A program made the position numbers and the translations under genes. The notes under the pieces are model-generated. The model did not search any database, was not told the origin of the DNA, and worked only from the letters and a program-made list of their open reading frames with translations. A DNA stretch of 64,000 bases, taken from NCBI GenBank assembly GCA_964016885.1, contig OZ024741.1, positions 286,068,001-286,132,000 of the forward strand. The letters are read 5' to 3'. Source of the stretch: Eledone cirrhosa. Its lineage: Eukaryota. This document shows positions 28,183 through 40,470 of the stretch, one piece after another (within the stretch, counting starts at the first letter, position 1; each line of letters opens with the position of its first letter).

Positions 28183-28220
<38 letters not shown>

Positions 28221-28430
28221 GTAGGGAATTGACACACGAGTTGAAATATATAAAAATTAGTAAAAAAGGAAAGAAAAGACAGTAGCAAATGCTAGAGGGA
28301 TTTTTTAAGAATACCAACTCCATCTAACATTTACTACTGTGTTTTTTGTTTCCTTTTTTACTATATATATATATAGTTTCAGAAGAACCCGCTAAGGGTG
28401 AAAGCAGCGATCTGTTATTTTACTGAATTC

Positions 28431-29779
28431 ACTTCTATTTAGTTTTGATGTGATAAGCTTTTACACCAACATTACACATGATTTAGGAATAAAGGCGATT
28501 AAATACTGGGTGGAATAACATAGAGAAGTGATTCCCACCAGATTCACAGCGCCATTTATATTAGACGCAGTCAAACTTATTCTGGAAAACAACACTTTCT
28601 TCTTCAATGGAAAGAATTACATCCAAATTAGAGGCACAGCGATGGGAACGAAGTTTGCTCCCGTTTACGCGAATTCTGTAATGGGATACTTAGAACAACA
28701 ACTCTACCAAGAAATAGAGGAAAAATATAGCACCGTCTTTAGAAAGTACATTGAAAAATCTTGGAAGAGATACCTTGGCGACTGTTTCATCATCTGGACA
28801 GAACCTCTTGAATAACCTACACCCATCTCTCCAATTCACAAAAGAGATGAGTAGTACCAAATTACCATTCCTAGATAATCAAAAACGACATCACCATTAC
28901 CACGGATATATATTATAAACACACAGACACCCATCAATATTTGAATTTTAAGTCGTGTCATCCACCTCATACAAAACGCAACATCCCGTACTGCCTAGCC
29001 AGAAGAATTTGTACCATTGTAGAAGATACGAATACCAGAAACAAACGCCTAACAGAACTGAGAGAATTTTTGCTCAAACAAAAATACCTATCTCTACTTA
29101 TAGAAAATGGCATACAGCGGGCTATAAAAATACCTATACAACAACTTAGGACAACCCAAGGAAGAAGAAACCAAGAACTGGTCATACTATTTATAATGAC
29201 ACACAACCCATGTCACCAGAAAATCTTCAACACTGCCAAAGCAAACCTACCGATCATTGCTCAAATAATGAATTAAAAGGCTTAATCACAGACCGATCTT
29301 TGACTCTTAGTAAAAGACAGCCGAAAGATTTGAAGCAATTACTAACAAAAGCCAAGTTTGACCTTAACAACAAAGACCAATCATTCATTATATCTAAATG
29401 CAATGATAATCGATGTGGCACATGTCAATCCATACACACTGGTCAATATATGAACACAAAGACTGGAAAAATATTCCCAAATGCAAATATGAACTGTAAA
29501 AGCAGAAATCTAATTTACTGCATTAAATACCCGATTTGTGAAGAACTATATGTCGGTCAAACTGGAAATGCACTATCGGAACGTGCACGGGTGCACCGAC
29601 AGCAAATCAGAGACCCAAATGTCCGTCAGATACCCCTGAGTAACCATCTAGCAACATGTGGTCAGAAAATATTTATAATATTTCCATTCTACAAATTACA
29701 CAGCCCAAGTGAAATCAAGAGAAAAATCAAAGAAAAGAATTTTATTGATAAATTCCAACCCAAGCTAAATGAACAATAA
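28431..29779 (+). pseudogene. PLE RT and GIY-YIG endonuclease remnant
   Basis: SFDVISFYTNI, YIQIRGTAMG, RYLGDC, SCHP, NLIYCI..YVGQTG, HRQQI, KFQPKLN; frameshifted. Confidence 0.88.
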
Positions 29780-29796
29780 TAATGGGATATTACTCC

Positions 29797-30051
29797 TACT
29801 ATGACCATGACCATGTCGACTACCACCACTAACAACAACAACAACAATAATAATAATTGTTTCTACTTTTCGCACAAGGCCAGCAATTACCCAGTGCATT
29901 ACTGGTACTTTATTTTATAGACCCCGTAAATAAAATAAAGTACCAGTAATGCACTGGGTAATTGCTGGCCTTGTGCCAAAAGTAGAAACAATTATTATTA
30001 TTGTTGTTGTTGTTGTTAGTGGTGGTAGTCGACATGGTCATGGTCATAGTA
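29797..30051. repeat. Fold-back palindrome of a SINE 3' end plus ~60 bp of flank
   Basis: Arms mirror around AGACCCCGTAA (~29919-29929); one mismatch seen. Confidence 0.9.
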
Positions 30052-30221
30052 CAACAACAATAATAATAATAATAAAAGTGATGTTGATGATTACTGAAAG
30101 ACTTTTTATAAAAACCCTAGAAAATGCTATTTTCATCATTTCTAAAAATAGCAAAACAATTGATGCTTTGGATAGGGTCAAATAGAAGTCGTTAGACATG
30201 CTCAACCAACCGTGACGCCTA

Positions 30222-30325
30222 AACCAATCAGCTTTAGTAATCCAGTGAAACTACACACGGATTGGTCGAAATACAGTTTGCAAAATTTAGCATTCTGTAG
30301 CCGCTTTTCACTGTATATAAGGGAC
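30222..30325 (+). promoter_or_regulatory. Putative pLTR Pol II promoter
   Basis: CCAATCA (~30224), reverse CCAAT (GATTGG ~30260), TATATAAG (~30315), ~70 nt upstream of the HHR; motif-only evidence. Confidence 0.45.
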
Positions 30326-30383
30326 AGAATTTACCCATCTCATTACAGTTGAAAATTACAAACTTGACTGTCACCACAGAATA

Positions 30384-30422
30384 TGAACCTGAAGATTGCG
30401 AAAGCATGAAAGTACTTGTTCA
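30384..30422 (+). ncRNA. Canonical minimal type-I hammerhead ribozyme of the PLE pLTR
   Basis: TGAAC-CTGAAGA-T-TGC(GAAA)GCA-T-GAAA-GTAC-TT-GTTCA; palindromic loop III. Confidence 0.85.
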
Positions 30423-30596
30423 ATTAACACTTAACATTTAATATTCTTCATACTATTTCATTCTAATACCATTATAATTTTAAAGGATTGTAAATAAAAC
30501 GAGTAAATCAGACAAAGCTGGAATTCCTTTTATTAATATATATATATATATATACGATATATTAACAAATGGAAACTATATTTATAAAACCATATT

Positions 30597-30661
30597 TATT
30601 TCATTATACATATTTCAAGGACACCAAGTTAAATTATGGTGTGCTTTCATCAGATAAAATA
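30597..30661 (-). ncRNA. Hammerhead ribozyme, mirror copy in the left arm
   Basis: Reverse complement of 30792-30856. Confidence 0.8.
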
Positions 30662-30791
30662 TAATATAGAGCAGTTTTATAAATAAATATTGACATACCC
30701 TTAAAGAATGCGACCATTTCTGTTGGAAGCTCCAAATGGTCGCATTCTTTAAGGGTATGTCAATATTTATTTATAAAACTGCTCTATATTA

Positions 30792-30856
30792 TATTTTATC
30801 TGATGAAAGCACACCATAATTTAACTTGGTGTCCTTGAAATATGTATAATGAAATA
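30792..30856 (+). ncRNA. Minimal type-I hammerhead ribozyme
   Basis: TATTTTAT-CTGATGA-AAG.ACACCA..TGGTGT.CTT-GAAA-TATGTA-TA-ATGAAATA; 8-bp stem I. Confidence 0.82.
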
Positions 30857-30992
30857 AATATGGTTTTATAAATATAGTTTCCATTTGTTAATATATGTTA
30901 ATAAATCGTATTTTTACTCCAATAAATTGTTGAGTGCTTTATATCAGTTATAAAAATATTTGCTTGTTGTATCCCAACAATTTCAATAGAAC

Positions 30993-31048
<56 letters not shown>

Positions 31049-31134
31049 TATATATAATCGGCTTGCTGAACATACAAGCCAAAACTTCTTGGAGCTGGGG
31101 TTAGGATTTTACCTCCATCTCTCTCTATATTACG

Positions 31135-31214
<80 letters not shown>

Positions 31215-31461
31215 TTGTGTGTGTGTGGGTGGGTGTGTGTGAGTGTGTGAGTGCGTGGGTGTGTGTGTATTCTTACATAATGTCGGAATCCCAAAAGCTT
31301 TTCATGGACAACAGTGGTCAGCAGTCGTTACGGAGTAGAGAACATTGTATCTCTTATAGGGTTGCGTTATCAGATCTTGGGCCCCTGCTCCTCCGAGACA
31401 TGCCTTTAATATTTTTGTGTAGATCCCTTAGTTTTACTAAAGAAATCCTCATTATTATCAT

Positions 31462-31642
31462 GTGCATTGGCAGTATCGGTAGAGGGTCGGACGCCATGCT
31501 TTGACGCATAGAGTTACGGCCCTTGCCATTCTGAGTTCAAATACCGCCGAGGTTAACTTTGCCTTTCATCCTTACGAGGTCGATAAAATAAAGTACCAGT
31601 AATGTACTGGTAAATGCTGGCCTTGTGCCAAAAGTAGAAACA
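31462..31642 (+). mobile_element. Main-family SINE
   Basis: A/B boxes, core, tail followed by (ATT)n. Confidence 0.9.
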
Positions 31643-31667
31643 ATTATTATTATAATTAGATTTATTT

Positions 31668-31769
31668 TGCTCAGAACACTCCCTGAAACATAAGTATTAC
31701 ATATGTAAAGGTTGAAAACAGTCGGTTGGGTGTTTCTCACACAGACATCCTCAGTTTTATATATATAGA
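31668..31769 (-). mobile_element. Inverted 5' fragment of the adjacent Helitron-like element
   Basis: Reverse complement TCTATATATATAAAACTGAGGATGTCTG..CCAACCGACTGTTTTCAA..GTAATACTTATG aligns to 31805-31930. Confidence 0.65.
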
Positions 31770-31804
31770 CTAGCAGAAAACCACTCGGGGCGGTTTTCTG
31801 CTAG

Positions 31805-33339
31805 TCTATATATCTAAAACAGAGAATGTCTGTCTGTCTGTCAGCTCACTAAAGCTTGAGAACCATCCAACCGATTGTTTTCAAACTTTAGACATGTAAT
31901 ACTTATGGTCCTGTGAGTGTTTTGAGCAAAGATTATTTCAAATTGTCAATGCCCTAGGGACCGCATTAGGCGATTTAGCGTTCTCTCTATATAATTCTTA
32001 GTCTTTCTTTTTAGATAGATACATAGATATAACGTTGCACCCTTATAATATCTGTTGTATGTCTGACTGTCTGCATTACGTCATTATGACGCGCTCAGCG
32101 CGATTCCCTTGGCCTCAGTGACCAAAGTCAGTGGAGAGGGGAAGGTAATGTTTCTGTAGCACGTGTTTTAGCGTCTATTCACTCTCTCTCTCTCTCCCTC
32201 CCGCTATCCCCCTCTCGTAGTCTGTCTCTTTATTTCACTCTCACTCTCTCTCTACGCACGTGTTTCCACTGTCGGACAGACAGACAGAGAAATTGCTGGT
32301 TATATATATAAGTAGATGAATGTCAAGTGCATATATATTGAAATCAAAGATGTATTATTTCCTTGCTTATCGTATCCTGGTTGTCAACCTTCTAACGTTA
32401 TGTCAATGACCTTACACCCGTAATAGGTTCTTAACGTTGTTTGCTCTTCTTTTTCCATTCAAAAATCCGTCCTTTCCGGTAGTTGAGCGGTGACTAAACA
32501 GTCCCTGATGAATTTTAAGAAAAACAAAACATGCTGAGTGATGTCTCGTTTTCAGCTAACTATGACTAAAACTTCAATTGCTTCGTGGTTTATGTTTTCA
32601 TATGGAAACTATATATATGTGTTTATCAAACATGTATAATATATTTAAATAAACACCTTTGTTCTAAACATCGCTGTGCTGCTATTCTTTATCTCTCACA
32701 ATCTCCTCTCTCTCTCAAACTCCTCCTGTTTCACTTTCTTTCTCTTTCACTGTTTTTCTCTCTGGCTCTCGGTTTACACACATATATGTGTTTGTATATA
32801 TACAGTCTGGTCTCTTTTTACGCGAATTCGCTTGAACGTCTCTTGAAAAATCTAAACTATAATAAAGTAAGGAGTGCGGGACTGCGTCCAGAATATATTT
32901 TTTTATCCCCTTTGTAAAATAAGTTGGATTACTTTGAATAAATAATGAATGAATATTACATAATTTATTTACTAAATTTCGTTATTCTTGATTAAATATA
33001 AATAATTTTGTTGCTTATTTTAAGATTCACTTCTTTAACATTTTCAAATAGCAACACTTCCGGTTAGCAATCGCTTAAATAAACATTCATATATTTCCAT
33101 CACTAATTTTCTCCTAATGCAGTTTATATATAATATCGTCTTTTTTTAATGTATCATGGAATACGTTACTGATTACATAAGAGAGTGTAACGCGGTCTTC
33201 GTTCGATTTCTGTGCATATTGTCAATTACGATTTCATTTGATGTATCATATCTACATGTATATATACTTGTGTATAATATCAATATACACACTACACATG
33301 CTAGCAGAAATGCCACCCGAAGGGTGGTTTTTCTGCTAG
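31805..33339 (+). mobile_element. Non-autonomous Helitron-like element (interior may be composite)
   Basis: 5' TCTATATAT..(TGTC)n; 3' hairpin CCACC-CGAAG-GGTGG then CTAG|T; a second Helitron-like 5' end TCTACTTATATATATAA..(TCTG)n on the minus strand at 32316. Confidence 0.6.
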
Positions 33340-33511
33340 TATTATTAAATATTCACATTGCACGAATAACACGCTATAACGTGTGTGGTTTCTATTTTTT
33401 CATTTATTTATTTATTGGTCAACAATATTAGGTATGAAAATTACGCGAATTTGCTTTACAAGCCGCGTTCACGGACGCATATTCACGTAAAAAGCGAACA
33501 CACTATATATG

Positions 33512-33624
<113 letters not shown>

Positions 33625-36600
33625 GTTGGGATATAGCTGTTGAAAAGGCCGGTTCTCAGCCGTCAGGGTCCCGAATTTATCATATATATATTTCTATATG
33701 TTATTATATATACTCGTATATATTTATATATATTTATATGTGTATATGTGTGTGCACGCGCGCGCGCGTGTGTGTAAATAACTTGTTGATGTAGGAAACA
33801 TGAAAGACTTGAAATTCGAAATGTAGTCATCCCAACGTAAATCAGTTACCCGTGTATGTGTGTGTTGTCTGTGTATGTATTTCTCCATGTGATTGTGTGT
33901 GTTTGTGTGTGAGCAGGTGCATGCGTATGTATGTATGTGTGCGCATATGTTTGTTTGTGTTTTCTAGAAATTAACGTGTCAGCATTAAACTTCTATTCTA
34001 TCCACCATTGCCTATAAACCAATCATGTTTCCGGAAATACGTTGGAGTTACAGATGCTTTGGTACATTATTAAAGCTTCAATGTCGGTCATAGTACACTG
34101 ACCTGTCTGCTGACGTTCTCATTGACTGAGATGTATTAGTAGTATGTAATAGTAAAAATAGAATTCACCGAACGAATATAAATGCGCACGTTCGTATATG
34201 TATGTATAGATGGGACTGTTTATTGCTGATTATTTTAAAGGGGCGCGTCGTGACATTTTCAGCCTGGTAGATCTCATTTCCACTCTAGGTCAGAACACAG
34301 CCGAGTTTTTTGTTCAGTGACGAAGAGGAAAGGTGACAGAGCGGAAGAATATGTGATAGAATAAAGTTGATAGAGTGATAGAGTAAAAGGTAAAAAGATA
34401 TACATACAGAGAAAGAATCGACCTCACTACTGGACTGGTTGTTGTTTTATCGGCCTCGAAGGATGAATGACAAAGTTGACCTCCGTGATATTTGAAAGAA
34501 TAGCGCAAATCTGATGTTCTAACGACTCTGACAACTATCCGCCATTCAAGCTGAACGATAACGTGTTTATTCTGATTATTTCACATACTTTTTCGAGTGT
34601 GGAGGAGGTGTCGTTTTCGTTTGTTTGTAATGTTGCGGGCATAATGTGTTTAAAATTTGTAATAGTTTATCGAAGGCCCAAATATTATGAGGTCCCTATT
34701 TACAGTTTATAACAAACTTTTTAACAAAAAACATTATGCAAACAAGTGAAAATTAACAAAACATATGGAGAAAAATATCCGTGGAGACTACTTGAAAAAC
34801 CAATAATAATAATAATTTTAATGAATGGATGCAGCTTGCAAAAGAGACTAAAAGAAAACCTGTTTTTATTTAGATATTTTGTTAATGAATTGATTAAAAA
34901 CAACTTAATTATAGTCACGTGAACAAAGCAATCTTGAGTAGCTTATTAAGTTGAAATTAAAAGGTGAAGTGAAAATTACCTAATTAAAAAAAATAGGGTT
35001 TTAAGTAGAGAACGAACGTGTGGAATTTTGGATGTGTTTATGTGTGTATATATGTGTATGGAAGACGATAAATTGTCAGAATCATTAGAACGCCGGATAG
35101 AATGCTTTGATCTAAGAGTTCAAATCCCGTTGAGGTCAAGTTTGCCTTTCACCCATTCAAGGTCGATAGCATAAGTACCACAGAACTACTGGGGTTGATT
35201 CCTTCGCTATATCTCTTTCTCACTTCCATTATTTCACTCCCTATCCTTCTTAGGAAGGAACATGCTATATTCAGACCTGGTGAGGATATTGGCCCCACCC
35301 GGTTTTAAATTACCCTAGAAACGCTGTATGTCAATACGGGTCTCCTGCGACTCCATCAGGAATTACAGGACCATATCCTATCATCATATGTTTATGAGCG
35401 TGCAAAGCATACGACGAATTATTAGCTATAAGGTGCATAACCATCTGGTATGAGGGCTTCCGAATTTTCAGAGATGAAGCATTATTTCTGGAATTTAAGT
35501 TTGGGATACCGTACATGAAGAATGGGCTGATATTTTTATAACACATTTCACAAGTGTGTGACACAGATTGTAACGATATCTTTGGCAGATCATTTGATAT
35601 CCCAGTCACGATTTTGTATCATGCAGGAAGAGCTATCACTTATCATTTGAAATTACAAATGGTTTAACATTCTCTCTAAAACTCTAAAATCTCTTAATTC
35701 TATCTGCATCTTTATTCTACCAAAATCAGTAAATGTTGCTGCTTCTTTTTCTGTGAAAATGACATTGCAAACGAAATCTTGACCATTCCAGCAAATCGGA
35801 TGAAAGGTTGCAGCCATCTCATTGTGTGTCTCCCATTATGATAATATAGAGGTGCATGGTCTAGTGGTAAAGGACATACGATCATAATGTCATCGGTTTG
35901 TTTCCTGGACAGGGTCGTGTGTTGTGTTCGTGAGCAAAACATTTAATTTCACGTTGCTCCAATATACTGAAAATGAGTACCATCAATAACTGGGAGGCTT
36001 AACCATGCGATCAATTGGCGTTCTGTTTTGTAGTTTCAGTCGTTTAATATCACGGAAACCAGGATAAACACCGGCCTGGTGGACCTCCGGGTTAGAGTAA
36101 GACGTTAGATTATGATAATATTCCTCATGGAGGTATAATAGTCATATTCAAAATACTTGATCCAATATTTTAAACTATGATTAATGCTTATCCTTCCGAG
36201 TTCAAGTATGTTGTTCATTTTATTTGATATTTAAAATAATTAGGAAGTTGTCTGCAATACTTTCCTAATTATATAAAAGGAAACACCGAGAAACTATCTT
36301 CAAAAGGTAATAAGTATGGATATTAGTTTAAATAATTATACCATATCCATATACAATCTATAACACAATTCTGTTATTCCTTTCAACGATTAGATGTATA
36401 CGCTTCAGAAAAACATTTAGATGTTTATCAAAGAAAATACAATTAAATGATATCTACCACAAAATTTGCTTCCGAATAAGCTAGAAATTTGTCAATAAAT
36501 TTTGTTTAATATTTAGCCTGAGAAGATAAATTTTAGGAGAAATGAGAGGTTATTTTATCGAATTTTCAGTTGTTGAGTTAAAATTATTTTCTCGCCAAAG

Positions 36601-37648
36601 GTTTTACATTTTCCCAAACTCTGCGCATCTTGATTGAACAATTCTAAGAGAGAGTAAGCACAAGTTGTAATATAGCTAAATAGGTATTATACAGATTTCT
36701 TAAATATGAAATATTATTGTTAAGTAGTTATTTGAGCAAGACATTTTATTTCAAGTTGCTCCAGTCCACTCGGCTGGTAAAAATAAGTTGTACCTGTAAT
36801 TCAAGGGGCCAACCTTCTCTTACATTGTGTCACGCTCAATGTTCTTTCGAACTACATTAAGGGTAGACACGTTTGTCAATGGAAGGCTCAGTCTCATTAG
36901 CATTAATTTTACGGGCAAGTGCTTCCGTTGAATGGATTATCTCTAGCACTCGTTGAGCCATTAAAGAAACATAGAAAATACAGATCCGAAAGAAAAAAGT
37001 CAGACATTTTCACGACGCTCTAACAATTTCTCCCTTCCGTTTGTGGGTATGCAATTAATCAATGTTTGTCAAATTAAAATTCAAATATTTTCAAACACTA
37101 TTTGGTTATGTGTGTCCAACGTGAATACATTAAATAAACAAATAAATTTCCACAACATAATGACGACTCTTTCTTGAAGCAGAAGTATAAATCTCCACGC
37201 TTAACTCTCACCAGTTTCCCCTACAGCTTTGAATTATCTCATGTACCCGTATAATGTTTTATCGCGGTCAAATGTCTGATCACGTTTCTCATAAAACGAG
37301 AAATAATCGGAAATCGGAAAAGCAATAAAAATCGTGATTTCGAAACAAAATCAAAATAACAACAAGAAATTTAGTTAAGATCCAAATGTCAGTATGAGAC
37401 AATATCAGAATTTCTAAATATAACTTGACATTATCTCATTTCTCCAATTCACTTACGTTTAGATTTATTAAGAATTGCTTCTGTTGGTAAATTAAGAATA
37501 TTATATAATACTTTCATAAAAAAATACCTTTCTGTAAAAACATTGAAAAACTCACAAATGCACCTGGTAGTGCATTGAAAAATCTCACAAGTAATAACTG
37601 TAAAATGATGATCATTATGATCATTGTTTCTTTAATAATAATAATAAT

Positions 37649-37835
37649 TGTTTCTACTTTTGGCTCAAGGCCAGCAATTACCCCAGTGCATTACTGGTGC
37701 TTTATTTTATCGACCCCGTAAGGATGAAAGGCAAAATTAACCTCGGCGGGATTTGAACTCAGACCGTTAAGGGCCTTAATTCAATGCTGTAAAGCATGGT
37801 GCCTGACGCTCTACCGATACTGTCAATCCACCGCC
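37649..37835 (-). mobile_element. Full-length main-family SINE
   Basis: Reverse-complement head, core and tail, between (TAA)n runs. Confidence 0.9.
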
Positions 37836-37838
37836 CTT

Positions 37839-37877
<39 letters not shown>

Positions 37878-40114
37878 GCAGCCCCAAAGACAAACCATCT
37901 GGAAATCACCAGGCCCAGATGGTGTGCAGGGGTATTGGATTAAAAATATAACATCCCTCCACCCGAAACTGACAACCCTATTCAATGACTGATTGGTGTC
38001 GGGTGAGGTACCAGAGTGGTTGACAAAAGGTACCACAGCTCTGGTAATGAAAGACCGAATCAAAGGTAATGATGTTACCAACTATAGATCTATCACATGT
38101 CTGTCCGTAATGTGGAAACTGTTAACAAGCATTGTATCTGAGGAAATCTACCATCACCTCCACATAAACAACTTGTTACCGGACGAACAGAAAGGATGCC
38201 GAAAGAAGTCCCGTGGTACAAAAGACGAATTAGTTATTGATAATATGGAAATGAAGAATTGCAAGAGGAGACACACTGGTCTTACCATGGGATGGATAGA
38301 CTACAAAAAGGCATTCGACATGGTACCTCATTCTTGGATAACCACAAGCCTAGAGATCTTCAAGGTGGGAGATAACATCAGACAGTTGTTGAGCAAAAGT
38401 ATGAAGTCCTTGGAAACAGAGTTAACATCGGGTGGAGAATCCTTGGGAGGCGTGAAGATCAAGAGAGATATCTTCCAGGGAGATAGTTTGACCCTTCTGC
38501 TGTTTGTCCTTGCCATGATACCCCTGACCATTATATTGCAAAAAGTGAGAGCAGGATACAAGTTGGGAAAAAGGGAGCATACCATCAACCACCTCATCTT
38601 CATGGAGATCTTAAACTCTTTGAGAAGAGTGAGAAGGAGTTGGATGTACTTGTTGACACTGACCGTATTTACGCAATGATATATGTATGCAATTTGGTAT
38701 TAATAAGTGTGGAGTCCTTGTGATGAAGAGGGGTAAATTTGAGCAGAAGCAACGGAATCCAGGTACCAACAGGTGAGATGATAAGGAAATTTACACTGAA
38801 GAAGGATACAAATATTTAGGTGTTCTGGAGGCAGATGGCATCAAGAACAAAAAAATGAAGGAATTGATAAGATCTGAGTACATAAGGAGAGTAAGGAGCA
38901 TATTAAAATCACATCTAAATAGTAGGAATGTCATAAGTGCAGTGATTTCCCGAGCTGTGTCTATTTTTAGGTACAGTGTGGGAATTCTGAAATGGAATGT
39001 TGTTGAACAAAAGGAAATGGATAAGAAGACTAGGAAGCTATTGACTATCTACAACATGTTCCACAAGAGGAGTGATGTCGATAGACTCTACTTAAAGAGA
39101 TCTGAAGGGGGAAGAGGTCTTTCAGCATAGAGGACTATGTTCAGATGGTGAAAAGCAACCTGCACAAATACGTGACTGACAGTAGGGAGCCAATGCTCAA
39201 AATTGTACTGAAGGAGAAGACAATAGACCATGGGATGTCCAAGGAGAAAATAACAACAAGGAGGTAGAGCAACCTTCATGAAAAAACCCTTCATAGTACC
39301 TTCTTTAAACAAACTGAATTTAGAGATCCACAGATATGGAACTGGTTAAAAAGAGGAGACCTTAAAAAGGCTACAGAAAGCATGCTAATGGCTGCGCAAG
39401 AGCAGGCCCTCAGAACGAAGTGGGTGAAACACCATATTTACAAGGAGGGGGCTAGCCCACTGTGTAGGATCTGTGGAGAGAGAGAGAGAGAGGAGACTGT
39501 GGCTCACATTGTATCCGAGTGTAAACACCTAGCCCAGACTCACTATAAAGGCTGGAGACAGGATGTGATAGGCTGGGTGATCCACCGGCACCTATGCAAA
39601 ATAAACAATTTACCACATTCTGAGAAGTGATATGAGCATAAGCCAGAGTCGGTGATAGAAAACGATCAGGTGAAGGTGCTATGGGATTTTAGGATACAGA
39701 CGGACAAGAAATTAGAACACAATAGGCCTGACCTGGTGGTTTTGGACAAGGACAAAAGATCGTGCTTGATTGTAGATGTAGCCTGCCCATTCGACACGAG
39801 AGTGCAAGAAAATGAGAGGGAGAAAGTTAACCGATACCAGGATTTAAAGTGGGAGTTAAAAAGGATTTGAAACTGCCATGAAGTCAAGGTCATCCCGATT
39901 GTCATAGGCGCACTAGGTACTATCTCAAAGAGTTTCCAAAGATGGTTAAAGAAGATTAGTCCCGCCCCGCTTTTTGGAACACTTCAAAAGGCATGATTGC
40001 TGGGAACAGCAAGAACCCTCCGATACCTCCTGAATATCTGAGGCTGCGGGTAGCGGCTTGATATTCATTTCAACACATTTTCCAGTTAAATAATATCAAT
40101 GACTGAGACTCAAA

Positions 40115-40115
<1 letters not shown>
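37878..40115 (+). mobile_element. R4/Dong-type RLE non-LTR retrotransposon, 5' truncated and decayed, inserted in (TAA)n
   Basis: WKSPGPDG, YRSITCL, EQKGC, WIDYKKAFD, FQGDSL, CRICG..ETVAHIVSEC, RPDLVV..IVDVACP..EK (PD..D restriction-like endonuclease); (TAA)n at both ends. Confidence 0.88.
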
Positions 40116-40154
<39 letters not shown>

Positions 40155-40248
40155 TGTTTCTACTTTAGGCACAACCTGTAAGGGTCGATAAAATAAAGTA
40201 CCAGTAATGAACTGGGTAATTGCTGGCCTTGTGCCTAAAGTAGAAACA

Positions 40249-40303
<55 letters not shown>

Positions 40304-40462
40304 TTTGAGTCTCAGTCATTGATATTATTTAACTGGAAAATTTGTTGAAATGAATATTAAGCCGCTACCCGCAGCCTCAGATATTCAGGAGGTATCGGAG
40401 GGTTCTTGCTGTTCCCAGCAATCATGCCTTTTGAAGTGTTCCAAAAAGCGGGGCGGGACTAA
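39956..40462. repeat. Inverted duplication of the R4 3' end, (TAA)n and SINE tail around a SINE fragment
   Basis: 39956-40174 mirrors 40229-40462; two mismatches seen and different repeat lengths. Confidence 0.9.
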
Positions 40463-40470
40463 ATAATAAT

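Larger units (their letters stand above)
28375..30535 (+). mobile_element. Penelope-like element 1 (5' truncated, decayed) with 3' UTR/pLTR, bounded by (TA)n
   Basis: RT C-terminal half plus GIY-YIG, then CCAAT/TATA motifs and an HHR. Confidence 0.85.
30557..30896. repeat. Apparently perfect palindrome with 163-bp arms (pLTR fold-back)
   Basis: 30557-30719 mirrors 30734-30896; 14-nt spacer. Confidence 0.92.

Noticed and set aside
32500-32540. CTGATGA..AAAA-CATG hammerhead-like string
   Set aside because: GAAA, the cleavage site and stem I are all degenerate
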